64,000 bases of DNA from Candidatus Harrisonbacteria bacterium RIFCSPLOWO2_01_FULL_44_18 (GCA_001817915.1 MHJJ01000014.1:3695-67694), one strand, 5' to 3'; numbered from the stretch's first letter, positions 33,224 to 43,489 are shown. Notes: a model not told the origin generated them from the sequence alone. A program made the numbers and translations.

Positions 33224-34957
33224 ATGAAAGATCAAGACCTCTTAAAATCTTTAATCGAAGCCGGTTTTTTAACTTCCGATCAGGAAGATAAGATTTCCAA
33301 AGAATCAGCCGTTCTTCATAAAAGCGCCGAAGATATTATTTACGGCCGGCATTTGGTTGATGAAGCCGAGGTGGCGAAAATAAAAAGCCGGCTGTTGGGC
33401 GTTCCTTATAAAAAAGTTGATGTTGATGAGCTAGGCGACGAGCTTTTGGGTTTAATCCCGGAAGAAACCGCCCGGACTTATAAAGTTTTTCCGATTTCTC
33501 GGACAAAAGATTTGCTGGTGGTAGGGATGCTTCATCCGGACGATCCGAAGGCCCAAGAAGCCCTTCGTTTTATCGCTAAACAATCGCGCGTCAGTCTCGG
33601 GATTTATTTGGTGACGCCCTCCGACGTGGAATTAGTTTCGCGAAAATACGCTCCTTATAAAAGCGAGGTTCAGGCCGCGCTGCAGTCTTTAAATATAAAA
33701 CCCGGCCAAGGCGTTTCTTCTTTTCAGAGAGTGATAAAACTGGAAGAAGCGGCCGCCGCCGCCGAAGAGGCGCCGGTTATTAGAATTGTAGCTTCGACTC
33801 TGCGCGAAGCGGTTAACGCCAACGCTTCCGACATTCACATTGAGCCGCAGCGCGCTCGGTTAAGAATCAGATTTCGGCTCGATGGCGATCTGCAGGAGGT
33901 TTCTTCTTTGCCCATAGAACTTCATCAGCCCATAATTTCCCGAATTAAAATTTTATCCAGTTTGAAAATTGATGAAACGCGCGTTCCTCAAGACGGGCGT
34001 TTTAGGACTGTTATTTATGACCGCGAGATAGATTTTCGCGTTTCCACTTTTCCGACGCCGGCCGGCGAAAAAGCGGCTCTGCGGGTTCTTGACCCGACTA
34101 TCGGTTTGCGAAGTCTTGATGATTTGGGTTTGATCGGAAGAAATTTAGACATCGCTAAGGAAGCAATTGAAAAACCTTACGGCATGGTCTTGATTACCGG
34201 TCCGACCGGATCCGGCAAAACAACAACGCTTTACGCTTTGATGCAGGTTCTTAATAAAGAAAGCGTCAATGTCGTGAGCCTTGAAGACCCGGTGGAATAT
34301 ACGATTGACGGCGTCAATCAATCGCAGGTTCGTCCGGAGATCGGCTATGATTTTGCCTCGGGCCTGCGCCAGATTTTGCGCCAAGATCCGGACATTATGA
34401 TGGTCGGCGAGATTCGCGACAGCGAAACCGCCGCTTTGGCGATTCACGCGGCTCTGACGGGGCACATCGTGCTTTCAACTTTGCATACCAATAATGCCGT
34501 CGCCGTTATTCCGCGCTTAACAGATATGAAAGTCGAGCCGTTTTTATTGCCGAGTTCTTTAAATTTAATGATATCTCAACGTTTGGTTTCTCGGCTTTGC
34601 CAGCGCTGTAAAAAAGCCGAGGATCCCTCGCCGAAAATTCTGGAAGAAATTAAAAAAGAAATTGAGAAACTTCCGGCCGTTGTCAGGGTCAAGTACCGGG
34701 AACCGTATAAAATTCATCATTCGCCGGGATGCAAGTTCTGCAATAACAAGGGGTTTGTCGGCCGAATAGCCCTGTTTGAAGTTCTTCAGATGACTCCGGA
34801 ATTGGCGGAGATAATAGCCGCCGGGATCAATGAGGCAAAAATTTTAGCCGAAGCCAAGCGGCAAGGGATGATTAGTTTGCGCCAGGACGGCGTGGTAAAA
34901 GCGCTAGACGGTTTGGTGAGCGTGGAAGAAGTATTAAGAGAAACAGAAGAACTGTGA
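33224..34957 (+). CDS. pilB: type IV pilus assembly ATPase PilB (GspE family)
   Basis: 577 aa. Walker A GPTGSGKTTT, the Asp box, a His box and a tetracysteine motif (CQRC..CKFC) are present. Confidence 0.92.
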   Translation: MKDQDLLKSLIEAGFLTSDQEDKISKESAVLHKSAEDIIYGRHLVDEAEVAKIKSRLLGVPYKKVDVDELGDELLGLIPEETARTYKVFPISRTKDLLVVGMLHPDDPKAQEALRFIAKQSRVSLGIYLVTPSDVELVSRKYAPYKSEVQAALQSLNIKPGQGVSSFQRVIKLEEAAAAAEEAPVIRIVASTLREAVNANASDIHIEPQRARLRIRFRLDGDLQEVSSLPIELHQPIISRIKILSSLKIDETRVPQDGRFRTVIYDREIDFRVSTFPTPAGEKAALRVLDPTIGLRSLDDLGLIGRNLDIAKEAIEKPYGMVLITGPTGSGKTTTLYALMQVLNKESVNVVSLEDPVEYTIDGVNQSQVRPEIGYDFASGLRQILRQDPDIMMVGEIRDSETAALAIHAALTGHIVLSTLHTNNAVAVIPRLTDMKVEPFLLPSSLNLMISQRLVSRLCQRCKKAEDPSPKILEEIKKEIEKLPAVVRVKYREPYKIHHSPGCKFCNNKGFVGRIALFEVLQMTPELAEIIAAGINEAKILAEAKRQGMISLRQDGVVKALDGLVSVEEVLRETEEL

Positions 34958-34966
34958 TATAATTAA

Positions 34967-35108
34967 CGAAGTAATCGCGAACAACGCGAACCTATGCAAA
35001 ATAATGCTAATAATTTATTCGCGTTATTTCGAATCAAATTAGCATTATTCACGATTACTCCGATTCGTGTTATTTTGAAACAAATTAGCATTATTCGCGA
35101 TTACTCCG
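34967..35108. repeat. pilus-operon junction repeat, copy 2 (pilB to pilT)
   Basis: More than 90% identical to copy 1 by eye and ends directly at the pilT ATG. Confidence 0.9.
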
Positions 35109-36182
35109 ATGGACGATTACAAACAAAAACTAGATGAATTACTGTTGACTACGGCGAAACAGAACGCTTCGGATCTTCATTTGGCCGTCGGTCGCCGTCC
35201 GACTTTAAGGATTGACGGCGCTTTAGTGCCTTTGCAAAAAGAGACGATATTAACTCCCGAGTCAGCCGAGGGTTTGATCAGCGCCTTTTTAACGCCGGAG
35301 CAAAAGGAAGAATTTCTAAAAAATAAGGAGCACGATCTTTCCTATTCTTTTGAAGACAAAGCCCGGTTTCGCGTCAATGTTTTTTATCAGCGGGGATTTA
35401 TGGCCGCCGCTTTGCGCTTGATACCGGCTCAAATAAGGACAGTCGAAGAACTTAATTTGCCGCCAGTCTTGCACGATTTTACCCGTCTTTCTCAAGGTTT
35501 TGTTTTACTTGTCGGTCCGGCCGGCCACGGCAAATCTACAACGATGGCCGCGCTGGCGGATGAAATCAATCATCAGCGCACCGCTCATATCATTAGCATT
35601 GAAGATCCCATTGAGTATTTATTTTCTCAAGATCGGAGCATTATTTCTCAAAGAGAGGTGAGAAATGATACGCCGGATTTTCACAAAGCGCTCCGTTCTG
35701 TTTTAAGACAAGACCCGGATGTGGTGATAATCGGCGAAATGCGCGACCCGGAGTCAATCTCAACGGCGCTGACGGCCGCCGAAACCGGCCACTTGGTTTT
35801 TTCAACGCTTCATACCAATTCCGCCTCCCAAACGATAGATAGAATTATTGATAGTTTTCCGCCCGCCCAACAGAGCCAGATTACATCTCAATTATCCGCC
35901 ACATTAGTCGGCATTGTTTCTCAACGTTTAATTCCGCGGGTTGACGGCGGCCGTATGCCGGCTTGCGAAGTAATGCTCGTTAATTCGGCGATCAGAAATT
36001 TGATCCGCGAGAGAAAGGCGTATCAAATTGATTTGGTGATTGAAACCAGCATGCAGGAAGGAATGTTAACTCTTAACCGTTCTTTAATCGGTTTGGTGAA
36101 AAAGAGGCAGATTTCAATTGAAAACGCGGAGCTTTATTCATTGAACCCGAGCGAGTTGAGGATATTATTGGAGAGAACATAA
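35109..36182 (+). CDS. pilT: twitching-motility / retraction ATPase PilT
   Basis: 357 aa. Walker A GPAGHGKST and ASDLHL motifs are present. PilT-size hexameric ATPase. Confidence 0.9.
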   Translation: MDDYKQKLDELLLTTAKQNASDLHLAVGRRPTLRIDGALVPLQKETILTPESAEGLISAFLTPEQKEEFLKNKEHDLSYSFEDKARFRVNVFYQRGFMAAALRLIPAQIRTVEELNLPPVLHDFTRLSQGFVLLVGPAGHGKSTTMAALADEINHQRTAHIISIEDPIEYLFSQDRSIISQREVRNDTPDFHKALRSVLRQDPDVVIIGEMRDPESISTALTAAETGHLVFSTLHTNSASQTIDRIIDSFPPAQQSQITSQLSATLVGIVSQRLIPRVDGGRMPACEVMLVNSAIRNLIRERKAYQIDLVIETSMQEGMLTLNRSLIGLVKKRQISIENAELYSLNPSELRILLERT

Positions 36183-36331
36183 CGAAGTAATCGCGAACAA
36201 CGCGAACCTATGCAAAATAATGCGAATACTGTTAACGGAGCAATCGCTAATAATGCGAATTTTGGCAAAATAATGCTAATAATTTATTCGCGTTATTTTG
36301 AATCAGATTAGCATTATTAGCGATTACTTCG
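36183..36331. repeat. pilus-operon junction repeat, copy 3 (pilT to pilC)
   Basis: Has the same termini as copies 1 and 2, with a different internal segment. Confidence 0.9.
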
Positions 36332-37540
36332 ATGAAATATAGATACAGCGCCAGAACTAAAGTTGGGGATTTGCAGGTGGGATTTGTCGAGGCCGTTAAT
36401 CGCGACGCCGCGGCCAATATTTTAATTAGCCACGATCTTTTTGTTTTGAGTTTGGAATCGGCGGAGGCGTCAAGGTGGTTTGGCTGGATTTTGGGTTTTT
36501 TCCGACGAGTAAAAAAGATTGACCTGATGATTTTTACCCGCCAATTCGCCACCATGCTTGAAGCAAAAATTCCCTTAGGCGATTCCCTGAAAAGTCTTTA
36601 CGCTCAAACTAAGAATGTCGCTTTGAAAGAAACAATTTTTGAAATTTCTTCGGATATTGACGCCGGCCTTTCGCTTTCTCAATCTTTAAGCCGCCACGCC
36701 AATATCTTTTCGGAATTTTACATTAATTTGGTGCAGGCTTCGGAAGTGACCGGCCGCATTGAAGAGGCGGTTGGTTTTTTGGCAGACTATCTAGACAAGG
36801 AAATCTCTTTATTGGGACGCGTCCGCAGCGCCCTTATCTATCCGGTTTTTGTTATCGGCTTATTCATAGTCGTGGTTGGCGTTATGGTCGGCACGGTCTT
36901 CCCTCAGCTTTTGCCGATTTTTGAGGAGTCGGCGGCGGAGCTGCCTTTAATCACCAGCCTGCTTTTAAATTCCGGAAATTTCATCGCTGATTGGTGGTTG
37001 GCGATTCTGGTTATTCTGGCAATTCTTATCACTGTTTTGGTTGATTATTTCCGCACCGAAGAGGGCAGAATTATTCAGGATCAGTTGCTTATTAACACAC
37101 CGGTTGTGGGAGGCTTATTTAGAAAAATGTATGTCGCGAGATTCGCGGAGGCGGTCAGCGTTTTAATAAAAGGAGGAATTCCGATTGCTCAAGCAATGGA
37201 AATAAGCAGTCATACTGTTGGAAGTTTTGTTTATCGCGAGGCATTGCATGAGGTGGCGGAAGCTATCCGCGGGGGCGAGTTGCTGTCGCAAGCCTTGTCG
37301 CGCGACACGAATTATTTTCCGCCGATCGTCAGCCAAATGGTGGCGGTAGGCGAACGCACCGGCAAGCTGGACGAGATGTTTGGACGCGTAGCCAAATTTT
37401 ATACGCGCGAGGTTGATGCCACAGTGGGTAATTTAGTAGAATTAGTTCAGCCGACTCTTATGGTGGTTATCGGCTTAGGAGTGGGATTGCTTTTTGCGGC
37501 TGTATTGTTACCGATTTACAATTTGGCAGCAACATTTTAG
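36332..37540 (+). CDS. pilC: type IV pilus platform protein PilC (GspF family)
   Basis: 402 aa with two GspF-type repeats and 3-4 TM segments. Confidence 0.9.
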   Translation: MKYRYSARTKVGDLQVGFVEAVNRDAAANILISHDLFVLSLESAEASRWFGWILGFFRRVKKIDLMIFTRQFATMLEAKIPLGDSLKSLYAQTKNVALKETIFEISSDIDAGLSLSQSLSRHANIFSEFYINLVQASEVTGRIEEAVGFLADYLDKEISLLGRVRSALIYPVFVIGLFIVVVGVMVGTVFPQLLPIFEESAAELPLITSLLLNSGNFIADWWLAILVILAILITVLVDYFRTEEGRIIQDQLLINTPVVGGLFRKMYVARFAEAVSVLIKGGIPIAQAMEISSHTVGSFVYREALHEVAEAIRGGELLSQALSRDTNYFPPIVSQMVAVGERTGKLDEMFGRVAKFYTREVDATVGNLVELVQPTLMVVIGLGVGLLFAAVLLPIYNLAATF

Positions 37541-37640
37541 GATTTCGATTCCCGAAACCGATAGTGGATTTCGGGAATCCAGCGGATTCCCGAAATCCCA
37601 AATTTAGGACTTATTATTGAAATATGCTATACTTAAATAT

Positions 37641-38111
37641 ATGAAAAAGGGTTTTACTTTAATTGAAGTTTTAATCGTTGTTTCCATCATTGGACTTTTG
37701 GCTTCGGTGATTTTGGTCGGCTTAGGCGGCTTTCGAGCGCGCGGCCGAGACGCTCGCCGAGTGGCGGATTTAAGACAAGCCCAGAATGGTTTGGAACTTT
37801 ATTACACTAAATTTGGCGTTTACCCTGATTCAACTACTTGGCAGACATTGGGCGGCGCCTTAATTAGCGCGGGAATCGGAGTTAATGCCGTTCCTAACGA
37901 TCCTACTGCCAACTGGAATTATGGGTATTGCCGCTTCAATACCGACAGTTATGTGGTGGCGGCTTATTCGGAAGACATCGGCAATCCAAATTTGAAGCAA
38001 TATCCGCAAGCCACGACTTTTCCTTGCGATCCCGTTCTTTCCGGAACTCCGGGAAATCCCAGCTGCAGCAAAGAAGGCACAGTCACCAATAAATTTTGCT
38101 TAATATTTTAA
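37641..38111 (+). CDS. type IV pilin (major pilin candidate)
   Basis: Prepilin signal MKKG/FTLIEVLIVVSIIGLLA with Glu5. Start moved to MKKGFTLIE. Confidence 0.85.
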   Translation: MKKGFTLIEVLIVVSIIGLLASVILVGLGGFRARGRDARRVADLRQAQNGLELYYTKFGVYPDSTTWQTLGGALISAGIGVNAVPNDPTANWNYGYCRFNTDSYVVAAYSEDIGNPNLKQYPQATTFPCDPVLSGTPGNPSCSKEGTVTNKFCLIF

Positions 38112-39010
38112 TAATTCAATCCGTTTTGCCATCTGTTTTTTTATTTGTTTTTGGCCTTGGCATCGGTAGTTTTTTGAATGTTGTGGTTTTGCGTTACCAA
38201 GTTAACCAGCGGCTTTTTGATTTTAAAATCATTGGCGGCCGCTCTTACTGCCCGTTTTGTCAAAAAAAATTATCTTGGTATGAGTTAATCCCGCTGGCGA
38301 GTTTTTTGATTCAAAAAGGCCGCTGCCGGAGTTGCGGTCAGAAGATCTCTTGGCAATATCCGCTGGTTGAATTAGCAACCGGTTTGGCTTTCGCGTTTAT
38401 TCCAAATTATCTATACAAATTCTACGGCGTAGCAACAACGCTTTTAGCCAATCAAACAATAGCTTGGTATTATCTCTTGTTGGTAATCTGGATTTTAGCG
38501 GCCTTGGCTTTAATTTTGCTTTCGGTAATTGATTTCCGGCTTTCGATAATTCCCGATCAGATAAATTTATTCTTGGGTCTTTTGGGAATCGCGTCCATTT
38601 TTATAAAAGATCTTTTTGATAAATTCGGCCTGTTGGAAGGGTCGTTTCTAAAAAATTACGCTTTATTTTTCGGATTACGGGATAATATCTGGCTCAATCA
38701 TTTGTTTGCCGCGTTTTTGGCGGCGGCGATTTTTGGCGCGATAATTTTTTTGAGCCGCGGACGAGGAATGGGGATGGGGGATTTAAAATTAGGAACGGCG
38801 CTTGGCTTGTTGTTGGGCTGGCCGGATATTTTATTGGCGTTGATTCTGGCGTTTGTTATCGGCGGAATTTTTGGCGCGGCTCTGATTTTGACTCGCAAAA
38901 AAACTATGAAAAGCAGTATTCCATTCGGCCCATTTATAGTTGCGGGCGTTTTTTTGGCAATCTTTTTCGGCCATCAAATTCTGGAATGGTACCTACATTT
39001 ATTGAATTGA
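38096..39010 (+). CDS. pilD: prepilin peptidase (A24 family) PilD
   Basis: 304 aa polytopic protein with Cys pairs CPFC..CRSC and a GMGMGDLKL aspartyl motif. Confidence 0.88.
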   Translation: MLNILIIQSVLPSVFLFVFGLGIGSFLNVVVLRYQVNQRLFDFKIIGGRSYCPFCQKKLSWYELIPLASFLIQKGRCRSCGQKISWQYPLVELATGLAFAFIPNYLYKFYGVATTLLANQTIAWYYLLLVIWILAALALILLSVIDFRLSIIPDQINLFLGLLGIASIFIKDLFDKFGLLEGSFLKNYALFFGLRDNIWLNHLFAAFLAAAIFGAIIFLSRGRGMGMGDLKLGTALGLLLGWPDILLALILAFVIGGIFGAALILTRKKTMKSSIPFGPFIVAGVFLAIFFGHQILEWYLHLLN

Positions 39011-39331
39011 TTTTGGGTTTGATTTTTGATGATTGAATGCGGGGTGTTTATTTCTGTTCACTACTATCTCATAAGATAGTGATAAGATAGCGATGCTTAG
39101 AGTATTTGTTTATGCTTACCACTATCTCGCGAGATAGTGGTGGGTGTGAAATACCATGATTTCACGTAATGGTCATATACGATTACCGCGAAAAATCCAC
39201 AGCCAACATTAGGTAAATTCGGTTTCGGCTATGACTGCGATGTCAAATCTTGTCGACAAAATCGCCAAGAGCAATATGGTTCCGAGCGACCCCGCGCAAT
39301 AATAGGCGGCGATGCGGAATCTAACGCCAAT

Positions 39332-39361
39332 CAAGCGCTTGTGGAAACACAAGCGCTTTTT
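39332..39361 (+). terminator. intrinsic terminator in the pilD to minor-pilin gap
   Basis: Stem aagcgcttgtg / cacaagcgctt followed by ttttt. Confidence 0.7.
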
Positions 39362-39399
39362 ATTTGTTTAGTCGCGTGAATTCAGTTAAAATTATAGTA

Positions 39400-39915
39400 A
39401 TGTCTCAAAAAACTTCCGCAGGCTTCACAATTCTTGAAATGCTGGTGATTGTCAGCGTGATGGCTTTGCTTTCGGCGATGCTTTTGGTTTATAACCGCTC
39501 CGGCGAAAAACAGATTTCTTTATTTAAAGAACAAGCCAAAGTGATAAGCGTGATTTTGCGAAGCAAAGCTCTTGCGATTCAGACATTTCAGCAAGCAACG
39601 CCGGGCTGCGGATACGGCGTTCATTTTGAAGCCGGAAAGTATTGGATTTTCCGCGATCTGCCCGATCCGACAACCGGATGCAGCGGCAGTGACAGAAAAT
39701 ATTCCGGTTCGGCCGAGAATTTTGAAGTATTTACGCTGGAGTCCGGACTTTATTTTTCCGAACTGACGCTTTCCGATATTCTTTTTGTGCCGCCAGACCC
39801 GCGAGTATTTTTAAATCCGGATCAAGCCGAAGCAACTATAACCCTTTCCACATCAGATAACGCTTCCCAAGTGAATATAAAAATCAATGACGCCGGACAA
39901 GTTACAACGCAATAA
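39400..39915 (+). CDS. minor pilin / pseudopilin
   Basis: MSQKTSAG/FTILEMLVIVSVMALL prepilin motif. Confidence 0.75.
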   Translation: MSQKTSAGFTILEMLVIVSVMALLSAMLLVYNRSGEKQISLFKEQAKVISVILRSKALAIQTFQQATPGCGYGVHFEAGKYWIFRDLPDPTTGCSGSDRKYSGSAENFEVFTLESGLYFSELTLSDILFVPPDPRVFLNPDQAEATITLSTSDNASQVNIKINDAGQVTTQ

Positions 39916-40387
39916 CGGCCAGGTGATGGTTGAGGCGATGTTGGCGATTACCATCGCGGTTATCGGGCTTTTGGGGATTTTTTCTTTGGTGTCCAGATCG
40001 TTGAGTCTCAACAGGGTAGTGTTAGACAGATACATCGGAACTTATTTGGCGGCGGAAGGAATTGAAATCGTGAAAAATATGATTGACGCCAATGTTATTC
40101 AGGCCAAGCCCTGGAATGTTGATCTCGCGTCCGGCAGTTACGAAGTTGATTATAATGATTCAACATTACAGCCGGGCAGCAATCGATTTATTTCGCACGA
40201 TTCGGCTAGCGGTTTTTATAGCTATGATTCCGGCGAGCCAACCCGCTTTAAGCGGTCTGTGACCATTGAATATCCGGGCGCGGGCGCGGGCGAGAAAATG
40301 AAAGTTAATTCAGTCGTCAAATGGACCACTCGCGGCGGCGGCAATTTCGAAGTTAATCTTGAAGATCATTTTTTTAACTGGCGATAG
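39887..40387 (+). CDS. minor pilin-like protein
   Basis: Leader ..QRNNG/QVMVEAMLAITIAVIG with Glu5. Overlaps the upstream gene by 29 nt. Confidence 0.6.
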   Translation: MTPDKLQRNNGQVMVEAMLAITIAVIGLLGIFSLVSRSLSLNRVVLDRYIGTYLAAEGIEIVKNMIDANVIQAKPWNVDLASGSYEVDYNDSTLQPGSNRFISHDSASGFYSYDSGEPTRFKRSVTIEYPGAGAGEKMKVNSVVKWTTRGGGNFEVNLEDHFFNWR

Positions 40388-40444
40388 TATAAGCAGAAAT
40401 ACGCGGATTTATGCAAAAATTAGAAGCGGATACACGCAGAAAAT

Positions 40445-40945
40445 ATGGCAACTAAAAGAAGCGGTTTTACGGTGGTTGAGCTACTCGTGGCAATGACGGT
40501 GTTTGCCGTTGTCATTACGATTGCCACCGGCAGTTTTATTCGGGCTTTAAGAACCCAGCAAGGAACGGCGGCTTTAATCGCGGTTAATGACAATGCCAAT
40601 TTGACTTTAGAACAAATGGCCCGAGAAATTAGAACCGGGCAGAATTTTACTTCGCCAAATCCGCAGCAGCTTGATTTTACCAGCGCCTTAGCGCATCAAA
40701 TTACCTACCGACTGGATTTGATCAATCAAGCGATTGAACGGACAGACAACGGCGTAGCGCGTCCGATTACCGCCAGCAATGTCAAAGTTAAAAAACTATC
40801 TTTTGTTTTGATCGGCGATCAACTTACCGATGGCCGGCCGCCGCGAGTGACGATTACGCTCACGGTCGGAACTGACGCGCGCAATCTTCAAGATGTTACT
40901 GCCACGCTTCAAACAACCGTTAGTTCCAGAATACTCGATGGATAA
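40445..40945 (+). CDS. minor pilin / pseudopilin
   Basis: MATKRSG/FTVVELLVAMTVFAVV prepilin motif. Confidence 0.75.
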   Translation: MATKRSGFTVVELLVAMTVFAVVITIATGSFIRALRTQQGTAALIAVNDNANLTLEQMAREIRTGQNFTSPNPQQLDFTSALAHQITYRLDLINQAIERTDNGVARPITASNVKVKKLSFVLIGDQLTDGRPPRVTITLTVGTDARNLQDVTATLQTTVSSRILDG

Positions 40946-40972
40946 ATCGAATGTGTTATAATAAAAATAACG

Positions 40973-43489
40973 ATGGATAAATGGCTTAAATTATTATCTA
41001 TAGTTTTAATTATTGCCGTTTCGGTTTATTTGATTTCGGCTAAAACCGCGCAAGCGGCTTCTTTCCTGCAAATCATTGCCGGAGTATTCGCGGTTGTTTT
41101 TTCCGTGGCTCTTATCGCGCTTACCGGCGGCCTTGGGGCCGCGGCGGTATGCACTGTTACTTGTGGCGTTGTCGGAGGTTTCGCGTCCGGCGCGGTAGGC
41201 ACCGGCATTGTTGGCGCGGTTAACGCCGGCGCTATCGCTTGCGCCACCGGTTTGATTTGTTCAAGCGGAACAGCCGGGCCGGTCGCGGTTTATGCGCCGC
41301 AAACCGACGAAACCTGCGCTTATCAAGTTAATGTTGCTTTTTATAATACCGATCCTAAACTGCCGGATGATGAATCAGCTCAAGTGGCCATTTACCGTAT
41401 AGATGGGATAAGCACGGAAACATATATTCATGAGTATCATAAAGTTGCTTGGTTGTTAGGCGCTCCGGAAAAAACAGGACCGGGTTTATACAGCTATAGA
41501 TGGGGTGATGGATATTATTCTTACGCCGAATCCGGCCAACTTGGGCTTAATGCCGTAAGCGATTTTTACGGATCTCTTGGCAAAGACTATTACGATCATC
41601 CATGGACTTATAGTCCTTCAGCCAGCCCTCTGGCTATAGTCCCTTATAATAATATCTGTGACGATCAAGGAATGTGCCGATTTATAGACGCCAATCCTCC
41701 GTCCAATCAGTACGTGATTTATATGGCGAAATTGATGAGGAATTATACTCAAGGTGTCGTTAAGGAGTCGGGCGGATTAAAATTTTATAATCCGGATTCG
41801 TCTCTTGCAGATGCAATCGCGGCTGTGCCCGCTAACGCTCAACATAAGACCGCCACCTCTGAAGTTTTTTCCAAGCCGAGCGGTGTTGGAGGAGGGCCTG
41901 GATTTGGAGGAGCAGGGCAGCAGCCGATGCTTCTTTATAAACTATCAGACCCAGCCGGCAAAATAACAAGTAAATTCTTATCGGCAAAACCCGGGGAGCA
42001 AGCGACATTAACAACCGTAACTTATGACAGCGACGATCGTCCGACAAATGTAAATCTCGGCTCGGCGCTTTACTTTTTCGCGATTAAGGGGACGCCTGAT
42101 CCGACATTGTGCGCCATTACGATTACGGGGACGCCGCCTACGACGCCAACCTCCGCGCCGTTTTCCGTTGATTGTTCGGTTTCGCCTTCCAGCGCGGTTG
42201 TTAATCAAAATGTAAATTGGTCAGCTTCGGCTTCCGGAGGAAGCGCTCCTTATGCTTATTCATGGTCAGGCACGGATGGACTTTCCAGTAATTATTCTTC
42301 ATTTAATGTTTCTTATGCCGGTGAAGGCAGTAAAACCGCTTCCGTTACTGCTAATTCGTCAGATGGACAAACGGCGACAGCGAATTGCGGCAGTGTGGCG
42401 ATAGTCCCGGCGCTTTCGGCGAGTTGTTCGGTTTCTCCGACAACGGCAGTGGTTAATCAGTCGGTAACTTGGGACGCGACCGCGTCCGGCGGCGCCGGGT
42501 CTTATGTTTATAGTTGGTCAGGCACCGACGGATTAACCGGCAATAATTCTTTGGTTACGACATCGTATTCAACCTCCGGATTAAAAACCGGAAGCGTGAC
42601 CGTGGGTTCTGGCGGGCAAACCGTAACTGTTAATTGCGCCGGCGGGCCGGGAGGCGGAGTACAGGTGTTTCCGGCGCAGTTGATTGTGGCGCCGCCATCG
42701 GCCACTGTGGATATCAATGAAACGTTACAATTTAACGCGATATACGAACTGGGATCATTTGATTCTCAAGTGGTGACTGCGTCGGCGAATTGGTCTTCAG
42801 ATAATTCGGGCATCGCGGCAGTCAATAATTCCGGTCAAAGGGGCTTAGCTACTGGCGTTTCCGGCGGTTCGGCAAACATCACCGCGAATTATACCGACGC
42901 TTTTGGCAATACTTTTTCAGCCGCTTCCAACATTACCGTGCCTCCCGCGCCTACGGTCAACGTAACTCCGGTGCCTACGGGAGGAGGCGGAGCCGGCGGG
43001 GGAGCAGGCGAATATTGCGGTTCGGTAACGCTTTCTATTGATGTTTCAAATGCGGCTACTTATGACATTCTCCGAAACGGCGTACAAATCGCGTCTGATC
43101 TTTCTCCGTCGCAAACATCTTATACTGATACCAATGTCGCGTTGCACTCCAGTTATCAATATCAAGTCATTGCCGAAAGACCGACAGTTTCCACCGTTTC
43201 CGCGCCGGTTAACGTGTATACCAATTGCCTTCCTCAATGTAGTTTCAGCGCCCAGCCGGCCAGTATTGTAAAATTTGACGATACGGATCTTATTTGGGAT
43301 TGTCAGTACGCGAGCGCTTGTTCGATTTCGCCGACAGTAGGGCCGGTTTCTCCGACCAGCGGCACCAGTAAAGTTTTTCCGGAGAGCGCGATAACTTATA
43401 CGCTGTCCTGCAGCAATGCTGACGGCGCGCGAAATTGGCCAGCCACGGTTAATGTCACCGAACCGGCGATTATTGAAGTAATCCCATAG
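40973..43489 (+). CDS. large secreted repeat protein in the pilus operon (putative pilus-associated adhesin)
   Basis: 838 aa. Signal-like N-terminus ending AQA, then a Gly/Ala/Cys-rich hydrophobic stretch. Two paralogous ~80-aa repeats (CSVSP..VVNQ.V.W.A.ASGG...Y.YSWSGTDGL) and a Big_2-like segment. The function is inferred from context only. Confidence 0.6.
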   Translation: MDKWLKLLSIVLIIAVSVYLISAKTAQAASFLQIIAGVFAVVFSVALIALTGGLGAAAVCTVTCGVVGGFASGAVGTGIVGAVNAGAIACATGLICSSGTAGPVAVYAPQTDETCAYQVNVAFYNTDPKLPDDESAQVAIYRIDGISTETYIHEYHKVAWLLGAPEKTGPGLYSYRWGDGYYSYAESGQLGLNAVSDFYGSLGKDYYDHPWTYSPSASPLAIVPYNNICDDQGMCRFIDANPPSNQYVIYMAKLMRNYTQGVVKESGGLKFYNPDSSLADAIAAVPANAQHKTATSEVFSKPSGVGGGPGFGGAGQQPMLLYKLSDPAGKITSKFLSAKPGEQATLTTVTYDSDDRPTNVNLGSALYFFAIKGTPDPTLCAITITGTPPTTPTSAPFSVDCSVSPSSAVVNQNVNWSASASGGSAPYAYSWSGTDGLSSNYSSFNVSYAGEGSKTASVTANSSDGQTATANCGSVAIVPALSASCSVSPTTAVVNQSVTWDATASGGAGSYVYSWSGTDGLTGNNSLVTTSYSTSGLKTGSVTVGSGGQTVTVNCAGGPGGGVQVFPAQLIVAPPSATVDINETLQFNAIYELGSFDSQVVTASANWSSDNSGIAAVNNSGQRGLATGVSGGSANITANYTDAFGNTFSAASNITVPPAPTVNVTPVPTGGGGAGGGAGEYCGSVTLSIDVSNAATYDILRNGVQIASDLSPSQTSYTDTNVALHSSYQYQVIAERPTVSTVSAPVNVYTNCLPQCSFSAQPASIVKFDDTDLIWDCQYASACSISPTVGPVSPTSGTSKVFPESAITYTLSCSNADGARNWPATVNVTEPAIIEVIP

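Noticed and set aside
29353-36331. Possibility that the regularly recurring repeats represent a CRISPR array.
   Set aside because: The repeats are either contiguous heptamers or ~140-nt units separated by whole genes. There is no 25-40-nt repeat/spacer periodicity and no cas genes.
31386-36555. Minus-strand ORFs 31386-31595 and 36247-36555 over the pilus junction repeats.
   Set aside because: They are translations of the repeat elements (IANNANLI.NNANKLLALF in both). They are antisense to a tight operon and have no RBS.
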